Assembly: GCA_963924565.1 (NCBI GenBank)
Contig: OZ004607.1
Span: 11,532,001 to 11,596,000, forward strand
Length of the DNA stretch: 64,000 bases
Source: Ascidiella aspersa
Lineage: Eukaryota
Direction: 5' to 3'
The notes under the pieces were generated by a model, which was given only the letters and a program-made list of their open reading frames with translations, made no database searches and was not told where the DNA came from. Shown in pieces: positions 25,140-37,700 of the stretch (its first letter is position 1; each line of letters starts with the position of its first letter). Position numbers and translations under genes: made by a program.

Positions 25140-28100
25140 CTACAACCTCCAACCATTATGCTCCAAAATTTCAAACTAAATTTCAAACTTTAAGCAACTG
25201 TAATATTGGATAAACTTTGGCGCCCAGCGGTCGAAGGTGGCATTTTAAATAATTTTGAAACGTTCAATTGTATAAGTTGTCAAACTACGCCTTCCCGAGT
25301 TATAGTAACTTGTTAAGAACCACTGATCTGATTAACCTGAAAATCAAACGTGTGCTTGTGCAAGAAACGTACAAATTATATTTTTTTCAATGTTGGTGAC
25401 GAAGTCTTTTTAGACAGGCGTGCTTTGTTACCGCATTTTCTGAACTGACTTGGCAAAAGGGGCGGGTTTAAAGAAAACCAATGGACGATCGCACTTCGTC
25501 AAGTTGAGGAAAAGTTCGAATGAAACGCTTCTTGTTCGCAATATTGACCCGAGATAATATTTGGGAAAGATAATACGGAGCTCAATTATGTGCATCAGAA
25601 CAACCAAGCTACACGGCCGCTTCCGCAGTAAACGCGATAAGGGTATACATATGTTTACCTTGTAACTCTTGACGCGTCTCGTTAGAATTCACAAAAGTTA
25701 ATCGACCATATCGAAACGACGCAATAAAGGTCAAGGTGTTTTGTTCCCAAATAAAAACGTTAAACTGATCCGTTTTTTTGAGTGATTACACGTGTGACAC
25801 AATGTGCAGTCAGTTAGCACTAACAATTTGTTGTATAGTGATTTGTTGAAGAAAAGTATGCCGAAAAATGTTTATTTTTGTCACTTTCTGTATTAAAACG
25901 TAAAATGTTAGGTGAATGCCGTTCCTTTATTGCAATTCAGTTTTCTCGTTATAATATATACGTTAAATTGAGGTTAGACATTGCAATGAATTGACGAATC
26001 CAGGTTTTTGACTACTTTCAAAAATCGGACTTTGTAGAGCGTCCCTGCGTACATTTGTTTGTTATTGGGAGCAATATAGGCTCTCTATTGTCGTGGAACA
26101 ATAGCTTCATGAGCGAGGCAGTTTGCAGTGTGCGGTGAATAAACGTTGGGCGCCGAAAGACTTTGGGATGACGGACTTGTGCACGACTTTATAACTTAAG
26201 GCTCTTCAAAGGCGCATTCGACTCCCGCTTTTTGTAAAGAGCCGAAACGCCGTTTTGTGCATTCAGCTACAGTTTAATTGACTGCAAAGCCAATAGGATG
26301 TTTGATGAATGAGGCGACGAGTATGCAAACCCCCGCTGCGCGTGTTGTCCTAAGGTGTGATTGCGTAACGATTGCAATTTATCAAGGGGATGCTTTTTGC
26401 AAACGACTCTCAATCCAAACTAACTTTCGTATTATATAACGCCCACCAAAAAGCAGACCGCACTTTTTGAAGTATAGATAGATGGCACTATAAAGACGCC
26501 TTTTAAAACCCATTGATTTTGTTTTAAAGGAATAACTTAATTCTGTTTTTATGTCGTTTTGAATTTGTTGTTGAATTCGTTATACCGACCACATTTCTTT
26601 ACAAATAAACTGGACTGATATATTTGTAAGTAAATAATTCTACAAATTGCATCCAACGCACGCTTACAACCATATTTTCTTGCGTTTAATAGAGCATTTC
26701 ATAATTTCGATATATCATAAACGTCGTCCCAACTTTTATAACTTTCCTACGGTAACTTTACACCTTAGTCATGAACCAATGAGTCATAAAATAAAATGTT
26801 ATTTATGAGTTCTGTATACAGGGCGTGCCAAAGTGGCGTTGAATGTTAGCTAGGAAAACACAAGCCCTGCCTAAAGTGAACAATACTAAGATGCTGTAAG
26901 CCTATAAGCACAAAAAACAAGTTACCGGCAAAAGTATACTGTTTGTATTTACACAGGTAGGCTGGTTTAACTTAGTTAAAACTCAAACGTTTTTGACACC
27001 ATATAGAAATCACAGAAATCACAGGGTGTTGCATTGTGGTGCAACGTCTATCAAAGAGAAGGCTTTTCTGTGATAAATGTGAACATGCAATTTTTGTGAG
27101 GTGCCTGACTATGTGAATTGATTTTTCCCGACAGCTGTAAATTTTCGAAAACCGTGGCAATATGGCTAATACATCGTATAATAATCTTAGTTAGTGAAAA
27201 TAGGCCTACACGATTACGTACATTGGGTCGTATTAGGCCCACTTGGCAACATTATATCGAATATAAACTCTTTGGTATTGTGTTATAATCTGTCTTTATT
27301 ATAGTTAAACTATTATGTTAAATAACCAAATCCGAGCGTTTTTGAATATTTCGATTATTTTTTGCACAGAAACTTTAATAATTGGTAAATAAATCATTGT
27401 AAACTTAACTAAAAAACAAGTATCACCGGCCTTTAGCTTGCGGGCAAAACTATTCAAGCTGACATATCCATTCCTAAGAAGTTAAACACTTGGCTTTTAA
27501 AACTAAACGAATACAGTCTTTGTATTGGCGCGTGCGCGACAATTCACATTACAGGTTACGAAATGCTAAATAACAAGTTAGATTCAACAACTTTTTTTAA
27601 TTTCCAAAACGTATTTTAATCGCACAACAAAACCATCATTTAGCTAGCACTGTTTCAAAACAGGTCAAAAGTTTAATTGAATGATACAACTCTATCAAAT
27701 CCAGATAACCTCAACGAGACCCAAACAAGTTCGTGCATCTAAAATTCCAATACTATTGCGACTTTTTTTATTGACGGCTTATATACCTGTTGCTTTGGTT
27801 TCTCTCTAAACTCACAATTCATCTGCAGTAAGACGTACAATTAAAAATATGTTGGGCACCGTTTCTCGCTAAGTACAACACGACTATAACTGTCTGCTGC
27901 ATAAAGTTTCACCAACAAGTAGCCTGTGGAGAGTTATATCGTCCAGGTTAATTATTACTCTCCTGTAATTATAAAGTAACCGACCGCCTAAGTACACAAC
28001 GGAAAAGTTTGCGACACGAAATCTACCAAGGAACTCGATACCGTATGTTTGCTCTCTCCCAACACTCCGAAGCCTATGCAACCGCTCGGCTTTAGAGAAC

Positions 28101-29691
28101 CGAGCCTGTTTTTTTTATTCGAGGTTGCCTAAAATTTACGACGTTACTTCTTCAAAGCTTTCACGGCGGTCGTAAAATACACGTTGAGCTGGCCGAAGCT
28201 GCTCAAATTCAAGATCTGTCAATTCCTGTTCTGTTGCTAACCCGTTGGTAGCCAAACTTCTCAGAACTTTGTTGTTAAATACTGGCGGCGGTGTGGAAGG
28301 GTGTTGAAAAAGCCAGAAATCGTAGAGACGACCAAAATCGTCTTTATACTGATTTCAGATGGTATTGTCGGTATGCGATAGGCCAATTGCATTGCACGCA
28401 AAAGGGACCTGCAATGTTATAGGGGTCTTTGACAATTCCGAGATGGTATTTCGATGGAAACGCACTCCTATTGATATCTATAGCGTATAGCTGGCCGTCG
28501 CCGTTTAACTGAGAAACAGGAGTAACTTCGTATCCGCCGTTTTCGTGAAGTCACGAAAGTCTGTTTTGGCGACCGCCACTTTCAACAACACAAGCAGTAT
28601 TCTTAGGCCCAAACCTCCCGGCTTAGGAAACAGCGAAATACACGCTCAACCTGAGTTAAAACTTTAAAAGCGATAAGCTTCGTTTGATGCCCTTCTTTAG
28701 TGTAATTTTGTTACTGGTAGATGTGCACCTAACATCTTTATAAACGTACACTTGTTTAAAAACGTTTACCGAAATCCTTCGGTTTACCTAGAATTTTCAT
28801 GCAAGCATTGGCATGCGTTTCTAAAGCAATGCAAAGCAGACAGGGATTCTGTTTTTTTAGACAAATCGAAAGCCAGAAAAAATACTATTTAAAAAATTTA
28901 AAAGTCTAATTGCGACGTCTAAAAGTTCGGGTGACCGTCTGCAGGTTTGAAACTCCCAAGTTTGGAAAAATTTGGTGTATGTCATAGCACAACCTCAGAA
29001 TGGACAGGAAATAGATGTTTTGTAGGGGAAACTGTTTTTTTAAGCTGGTTAAGTTTGGCAAAAACAAGGTACAAGATGTTATACATGTGTATAGTGTTTT
29101 ACCTTGTTTTATTGATCGAAACATTCTTTAAAATTTATCCGCTTTCTCAAATATAGCCTACTTCTGAAAGTACAACAAATGATTTTAAGTGTTAAAAAAA
29201 GCAAATTGGTGTTATAAAAAGATAAAAACGTGGCGTTTTTTCCCAGTTATGTGTCATTTTAGGAGCGTCAGTTAACCGAGTATTGCGACGGGATCATGTG
29301 AATGGGGCATAATTGAAGTTATGTTTTACCCATTATTTTTTCACCAGTTGTCTGATTAACATGATGTCGACAGTTCAGTAAGTAAGTTAGCGTTTTCTGT
29401 TGCAACGAACAAACACTCGTATTGATTGGGTGACGCACGCGCACGTTCTTTGGGTAAATACCAAAAAACTAACAGGCTGCGTGGGCTTTTCGACGATCCA
29501 ATTGCATTCGTCACGATGGCGTAACACCTATAATGGCCTTAGGCTTATTAACTAAAAATAGCAACAATTCATTCTTTAACTATAGTCGACTTATGAGATA
29601 GTTAAACCCACACCAATGCCAGTCTTTTATTAGTCAACTTGTAAGTCGTTATCGCTTAATTATATTTTATATTGAACTCAATTTATTTTAC

Positions 29692-30142
29692 CTGAAAAAG
29701 GGTCTTGTTCGTCTTCCACCAGAGCGGGATTTTCATATCCGAACAATACTTTTATGTCTTTAGCCCTGCAACGAAACAAAATCTAAAATAAAAGTTGGGC
29801 ATTAACAGTAAGTATAACATTAAAAAAATAAAAAAGTTCATGTCATTTGTTTATGTGTAAGAGGAGGAAAAATCTACTCATCTCTAAATCTCATTTTTTA
29901 AATTGAATAAAAATGCATTAAATAAATTTTTCTTAATAGAACTAAGTGAGTAATATTGAAGAAAATTACATATTTTTTAGTATAAATATTTTGATTAGCG
30001 GTGCATATTAAAAAATAAATTTTAATAAAAGCCTTTAGAAGCTGTAAGAAATATGATTAAAAGGCAATTAGTTTAACGTTTGAACAAGATAATTGGTGAA
30101 AATCGTACCTCAATGGGGCTTCTTCATCTGAACGGCGTCGCA
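29692..30142 (-). CDS. Two small coding exons, probably a 5' extension of the multi-PDZ gene (RRRSDEEAPLR / AKDIKVLFGYENPALVEDEQDPFS)
   Basis: Exons 30142-30109 (phase 1 to 2) and 29765-29692 (phase 2 to 1) have good polypyrimidine-AG and GT sites. The phase-1 end joins in frame to the acceptor 2 nt before the PDZ ATG (G+AG ATG). Confidence 0.55.
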
Positions 30143-32868
30143 CTACAAACACAAAGCAATTTATAAGTCCTAAGGTTGATTTAGTTCTGCACAAAAACAA
30201 ATTTATGGGAATGACAGACACTAGATGCTCAACATATTTTATGCGAGATTAGTTTTGTGCGGATACTGTATGGTGTTCATCGAAATTCGACATTTCAAAA
30301 TTGCGCTACAGTACTCGATAGATTTATTTACCGGGTATATTGCAACATTTAGATGGTTTTCAAATTGGGGTCCGCGGACCTCTAAGAAAAAGTTTTAAGG
30401 GTTGCGCAGCATGTAGAGTTGATGGTATTATTTCAATCGTAAGTTTGTCACGCGGGAATCATGGAAAATATTTCATAAAAGCTGTGGTGTTTGTTGCGAA
30501 CTGTAGTCAAAATTATCTAGGGGTAGGTATGATTTAAATATTTTAAGGCCAGTGCATGTAAAACTTAAGACGGAGGAAGGTAATCTACCACCCCAACCCC
30601 AACAGTCCTAAATAGTAGCAATGCTGTCTTAGATATTCCAATGACAGGTGCGCAGGGCCGGTACCTCCGAGAATGATTCCTTTTCGGTTCGACGGGTACT
30701 TATAGCAGGCGCTGTTTGCTCAAGAGTCTTGTGGCGGTGGAATACAAACAGTACAAGAGACCTTGTGTTTACGCCGACGGCCGCAGTGCGTAATGAAAAT
30801 TAATATATCTAATGCGTAATGAAAATTAATATATCTATTCGGTAGGCGCTTCAGACAATGGTTAACATGTTCTGCGATATTGGATGATGGAGAAATTGCC
30901 GAACTGAAAGTTTAAATTTTTTTTAAGACACAAAATTGTGTTTTTTATACTCAATCTATAGAAGGGGTGATGTTAAATCTTAGGCCACAATTCTCAACCT
31001 TTGCAAATAGCATTTCAGTAATTTATCATTTAATCAAAGGAACATTTTGACCGAATAATTTGCTTCACAAAAAGGCAATTTGTTTACTCAACATGACTAA
31101 TGCGAACAAATGTATTTTTTCATTGATGGTGCTAAACTAATTGACGGCATTGGCCTATATCGCTCCAAAGTTAAAATAAAATCAGATATATATTTTGAAA
31201 ATATTTTAGAACCTTATCAAAAGTAAAAAATACAAAATAAAGTAAAAACACGCGCATAAATTAAATAACAAGGAAAAACAAGAAGATCAAAAGTATTTAA
31301 GATCTTCTGTTTTACCACAAAAGCATTTAGAACCCGGACTCAGTGTCCTAAATTAGGTCTTACGAAGTCTTTTTCCATTAAGCGGTAATCGAAAGTGATT
31401 TTTATTGGACATGCAATTTCGGTCAAATCGATTTGTTGCCTTTGCCTATTTCCTAGCACAAAAATAACCTTTGGAGATTTGACTTTTGACCTTACAAAGC
31501 GGCCGACAGAAGTTGTCAGCGACGTAATTAGATCACCTTCGCAAATTTAAAGACCACCGCTGTCAAAAAGGCTGTTTATTGGTATTTTATTTATTGCTAT
31601 GGGTTTGATGTGAATGTCGGACGAAACGTTGAACTAGAAGATGTTGCTTTAATAACTATTATAGCACATCGATTAGCAAGACAGTTTGTCGAAACTCGTC
31701 ACTCTGCATATGTGCGTTGAACAATTATTGTTTGCGCATAAGCATTGGTATTTAGGACACGTGTTTACATGCGTAATACCTTATATAACATGGAGATAGC
31801 GCATCGGTCAACACATCTAAGACATGTGAACCAATCATTAATGACTTAATTGACAAAAACGTTAAAACATTTGCAGAAGACGTAATCGTTAAATCAATAT
31901 TGGTGTAACTGGCATCATGCACAAATGATTTGGCATACTGAATAAGACTTCGTTAAGTATTTCCCCTAATTGCAACAATGCGCGCTTCATGCCGACCCTT
32001 TTTTGTCTGCTATTCTTTGTTGGAACACTGTACTCTTAAATTTCCTTTGTATTGTTTTGCTGTCGATCTCGGTTAAGAATTTTTGTTAACTCAACTAATT
32101 TTCTTTCGAAACAAATGTTATTGTGTGCATTACGAATATTTCGTTCGACTGACTACACAACCAATAAACAGCCTAAAAACTGCTTAGTAATTTAAATATG
32201 CTTTTCACACATACTTTGTCGGTTTTAAAGTTCCAGCTGACTAGTGGTTCAACTAAAATTGCTCAAATGGCGTATTCGTGTTAACCAGCACATATTCCAC
32301 AAAACTTTTCGATTTCTCAAGGCAAGGCACAGTGATCGTGGGACGTTCAACCTTAAACATGCCTTAACAAGCAGGCGGGCATTTGTGACAAAACGAAACG
32401 GCGGACCTTGTCAGTTCCTACATTTCCAACGCGCCTACTCCCAAAATCAATAAAAAGAAAACATAAAAATATACGGCGCGATAACAAAAACCACCGGCCA
32501 CATGCGAGCCGCTCTCCGCTTTGCTTTTGCGCGCGTAAATCCCGCTCACAATGAACCCAGCATGACAGCAACAAAACAGAAAATCAAAGCGGAATCGGGT
32601 TAAAGGGCCCTAAAGCGACGTGCTTTGCTGATTCGCCGAGGGTGCACTCGAACCTTCTCGAAAGGGCCTTGGCGCGACGTTTCCATAAAGAAGTCAAGCT
32701 GCGGGCCGGAATGTCGAGCGACTCTTCAACTGTGGCGTGGAGATGTTCGACACCGTGCGATACTCGCCGTACTACAGTTATTGGTCAGTTTACATGAACG
32801 CTTAATAAGGCGCGTCCCTTCACTATCTGTTGCTTTCTTTCACTATACTCTTGAGCAACTTTTGTTTT

Positions 32869-33260
32869 GGCGCGAATCCAGGATTTTTGTTTGGGGGAGC
32901 CATCGGTGTTTTTTTCAGACGTGACGCCACAAAGTAACATCTTACCGTGACGTCATGAATAAGTAACCTTACGAAAACCAAACTGTTGGTTTAATTTGTA
33001 AAGTTTAAACGTTAGAGATGTGTTAGTTCAATACAAAAGCTTCATTATAAAGATGCTACCGAATCGCACAAAGCGAAAAACTCTTTAAATCGTTTAACTT
33101 GACAACAAAAAATAACGCCTTTGGGCTAAAACGATTTTTTTAAATTAGGCTTTTTGGCATTGATGTAGGGACATTTTTGTTTATTGATGTAGGTGAAATA
33201 GTAAAAAAAATCCAGTGTTATGAGGGGCATTGCCACGTGCCACCCCTGATTCCGCCACTA
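32869..33260. mobile_element. Degenerate MITE (GGCG.ATCCAG family)
   Basis: GGCGCGAATCCAGG ... CCTGATTCCGCCACTA; related to 21390-21692. Confidence 0.5.
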
Positions 33261-34724
33261 GCCAGGGTTATTCTACTCATGCTTTGCTGTGTTTGGTATT
33301 TTATTAAACGCAATGTGTTTACTTTTAAAATATTCCGTTACCTTTACTTTTTGATGCAAAGTATTGTTAAAATTAAGGGCCTCATTAAGAAACAGACTAT
33401 AGAGTTCTAAAGATTTAGTTCTTTTTCTTAAAAGGTAATCTGGGTTAACGAAATATAATCGCTCCATTTAATTCACTTCAGCTCACAGAAAAAATGTTTA
33501 CACAATTTTATTTACTCGCTCGAGTGGAACGTGCGAATTGTGCCCGAATATAATGTAGAATAACTGATTGGATCGAAATCTTGTGGGTGGACAGGAGATT
33601 TTGTATAAATTTATTATAGCTATAAAATATTTTAACTGCATTTAAAAATACACAATTTATTTTAAAAAAATCGACAAATGTCAATGCAACAGTCAACCGT
33701 GTACGTTCTTTCTTAAAAGATACGCTTTGTTCGTTATCTAAACAAGTCGAGAACTTTTACCACAATTATGTCAAATAGAAAAGGGGTTGCAATTCAAAAA
33801 ATGGATCCTTTCTTAAAGTTTTCTAAAAAGTGAGAGATAAGCCGGTTTAAGACACAAAGCAATTGAAGAGCAGTATTTGCTTTATGCTTAGGACCCGCTT
33901 TTATAGCAGCTGGAAAAACTAGCTGGCAAGCACTTCTCTCGCCAATATTTGTTCGCCGAGATCATGAGATGGGCGCAAAGGAATCACGGTTGACTCTTGG
34001 ATCAAACGGATAAGTCGATGTACAGGGTGTGGTAGACAAACCAACGTTGCATAATAAGGGCCTCTAGTAGGATATTGAGTTGGGCGCAACGTTTTTTTGC
34101 GTTGTCATTTCAGGCGAAATAAATTATTGATTTGTCAACCGTGTTTTGCGTGATGGTTACACATTATATGATTGTTTGTGAATGATTATATGGTTTCTAG
34201 CACCTTTGTTTTTAGCAATCCGTAAAAAACGCTATTTGAACACTTTATAAGTAAATTCAACACGCGAATTTATACAGTGGTGTATAAAAGTTTATTAAAA
34301 ATGACAGTTTAAGAAGAAGAGACAAATACAAAGTACACGCTAATAACTATATACATAGATTAAGACTTTATGTTAGTGAAATGAATGCGTTTGAATTGCA
34401 TTGCTTTTGTAAAGTAGGTCACCACATTTGCTCTTGCCAAGTATCCAACCAACGCTAATCTCACACTGTGCACACATATTTACGACATTGTTACTTGGCA
34501 AAAGTCAACACTTCCGACGCTTTATCGATTTATAGCATTTTTAGGCAAGCTCAATTCTCAAAAAAGCGCAACATAATCCTTGCACGATAAGCAAACAGCC
34601 GGCCCAAACGAGCCATAATTCTGCCTCTGTCGAAATACCTTACGTTGTCCACAGAGGGCGTTTATGATCAAAAGAAATTTGCCCACGACATCAATTGTAA
34701 AATAAATATGCAGTGTGTTGGAAT

Positions 34725-37700
34725 TTAGATCGCGTTCCATCTTCGAGAGGCATGGCCCGGAAGGCTGTAGCTCTTGCGCGCCACCGCTGGGGGGCGCAGT
34801 TGTCCGAGTCTGCAAGAAAGGTAAAAGCTATTGCATTTTTCATAGAGGTACATAATGTTGCGCAAGATTTAATCACGATCTATAGGAGAACGACAGCACA
34901 CCTTAGTTCTAGACTTCGGCAAAATCTAACATTTGAATAAGCCACTGATCTATAAATGTTTTTGTGTACTGGGTATATTTCGCTTATGCTAACTCTGCAT
35001 CACAACTGAAAATACACTTATCTATAAAAAAAAAAATCCTGGAATATTTGACATGCTTAATCTGTACCGTAATCGTATCTCTATTTCACAAGCTTATAGT
35101 TTTATAATTTTTTTAGGTTTGCGATGCAACTAAACCGCTTTTACATTTTATATTGGTAATTACTGTTACTGTAAATGCTTTATCTTTTCACGCTATTTAA
35201 ATTAAAACTAAAATCTATACTCTGTCATTGTTTTAGATATAAACTACACTGGAAACAAATATTGTTCCACGAAGAAAACAGTGTGATAAGGTTATGCAAG
35301 TAGCAGCTAGTCACTACCATTGTAAACGCATGTTTCTCGATAAACAGACAACAAGACTTCGAAATTAATTAACTTAACTTAATTGGAAAAAAATGTTTCA
35401 CGGGTTCGACAATAAACATCGTCTTACAACTCTAGCATTAATATGAACGCCAAAAAAATACTATATAAGATCTTACCTTAAGCAATCGATGCTGGCTTGA
35501 AAGGCCCTCGCTTGTCTTCCAACAGTGTCGTCCTGTAACATCCGACTCCGAACCGACGGATTGACTCTTTCGCGCGCCCGTCCATACACGCCTGTACAAC
35601 AAGGGCAAGCCGACATTACCGAAAGACACCGACAACGTAACGTAACTGAAGTTAACGTTTTCTAGGCTTTTATTAGATGAATCCAAACACAGTATGAGAC
35701 TTAAGATATACAGTAAATAGCATCATAGTGGTGTTTCGTTCGGTAATGTCAGCCTGCCCAAGTTTCCTTATAGCGTCCCTATAATTCCACAATTGGAAAC
35801 TTGCTTTATTCAATAGGAAACGTTTTGCTAAAGTTGGTGGTATTTAGGGCTTTATGCGATAGGAAGTATTTAGACTTAACACCGCGAAAAGTATGTTATT
35901 TTCTGTAACTGTTTCGTCGAAGATATTGCGCCGATGTTAATACTTTTGGAAATGCTGAGGTTGTGTCTTATGTTTTTCTTGGCAAAGAAGCTCGTAATGA
36001 CGGTTAATTTGGTAAAATACAGGTTATTCAGTAAACAGGATGCAACCATAAGAAGTCCTTCAACAAGCACCGAAATTTATAGTGACACATAGGAGAGCAA
36101 TCAACAAGACCAAACAAAACGGCCGTGCATTGTGTGGTTTGCTTGTGCATACTGGTCACCGCTGGTTAATGTTTGACCTCCGAACGACAGGCAATGCAGC
36201 GCCGAAAATCGGCCTACGTTGCACAAATGTATGCTTTGACGCATGCGACTGTCGTAATGGGCCACATAAGCTTTGTCAAGCCGGCGCCGAGATTAATAAA
36301 TATACCGTTGCACTCACTGTACGCTTGCAGGTCCTTTACAAATATACGTTAACGGCGTGTTAACGATAACGTGTTACCTAACAGCTTACCTCTCGCAGCT
36401 GTTTTAATTTCCCTGCCCTTACAACAAATAGCTAAGTAGTTTTCAGCTAATGGTCTAAGGTTGTAAGTAAACGCGGAATATAATCATAACTCATTGCCGA
36501 TTTTCCTTAAAAGCTCTGTAAAACAACCTAATGCGGTCACACGTTTTACAGTGTTATAGCAGAGCAGGGTTGAAGTGCATCACAAACACCAACGCCCAAT
36601 AAAAAAACATACACGAACCCATGTTCCGCCGTCGATTCCTGAGATGCACGTAAGTGATGACGTAGACAATGAGCACTGACGTCACGGCGAGGAGGGCGCC
36701 AGCAATTGCGAGAGCAGGAAATTGGGGGTCGGCGACCTCGTCGTCGTTTTGTGGGGTTGGTGGAGTGCTGTTCTCGCCAGCTTCAGTTAAACACACACAG
36801 GCCGTCGGTTTTGGTAAATCGTTCTAGCGCACCAAACTAGACAAACGCTGATGCCTAAAGCACACACTGCAATGCTGACACAGCCATTGCTTGCTTCGGG
36901 AACGTAAGTATACCCTTTGGCTATGCCTCATAGTTCCTATTGTCCAACATTTTATGCAGTTATAAATAACCTTCGGCGGTAACACATTACATTGTCCCAT
37001 TCTCAACGGGGTCAAAACCCCTGGTTTACGCCTATAACAAGTGTGTATTCTTATGGATTGTTTTTGAGGACGCAACATATTTTAAAGTTGGGTTGCTTTG
37101 CAACACCCCGTCATAATCATAGAGTTCTGCCAGGTAACCTGGAAAGACTCGCAGGATCCCACGTGGCGTTATTAACAAGCCAAATTCAATAAATCGGATC
37201 ACACAGTTAGAAAACTGAGATGAAAATACATCTGATGCCTTATCAATGTGAGCCAATCTTAGTATAGATCCTCCTGATCACCAAAACCGTGGGAAAGCTG
37301 ACAGGATGGATCTTTGAAAGTCCCTCTACTTGAACCACCAATATTATCCAAGGCAGCGTAACTTAAAGGCCTGTGTAATGTGTAGACTAAACACGTACCC
37401 AGTTGTCCAACAGTGTCGGCGGTGATGGCCTTTCCGCATCCCGTGTTGAAGCCCCAGCAGAGGTAGACTCGCACCATCCAGGGTTGGGCGGATGGTGGTT
37501 GGCGGACGCGACAGGCCTCGGCCCAAACTGCGACGCACCAGGCCACGAGGCGCCAGTTGCTACTGCAAATAACACGCAAAAAATTGTCAGGTTATCAGGT
37601 GGAGGATCAATACCGTGCAAACAACAGGATAATTTTGTGAGACTTTTTTTGACTGTATTGCACAAAAAAAACAAAATTTAAACCGTTTCTTTTATAAACT

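Noticed and set aside
24782-25213. ORFs on both strands with near-identical peptides
   Set aside because: Artefact of the DNA palindrome; no coding signature.
28130-28720. Minus-strand open stretches (e.g. YKDDFGRLYDFWLFQHP...; LHENGGYEVTPV... after an in-frame TGA)
   Set aside because: No start or phase-consistent splice chain and no recognisable domain; stop-codon readthrough is unsupported.
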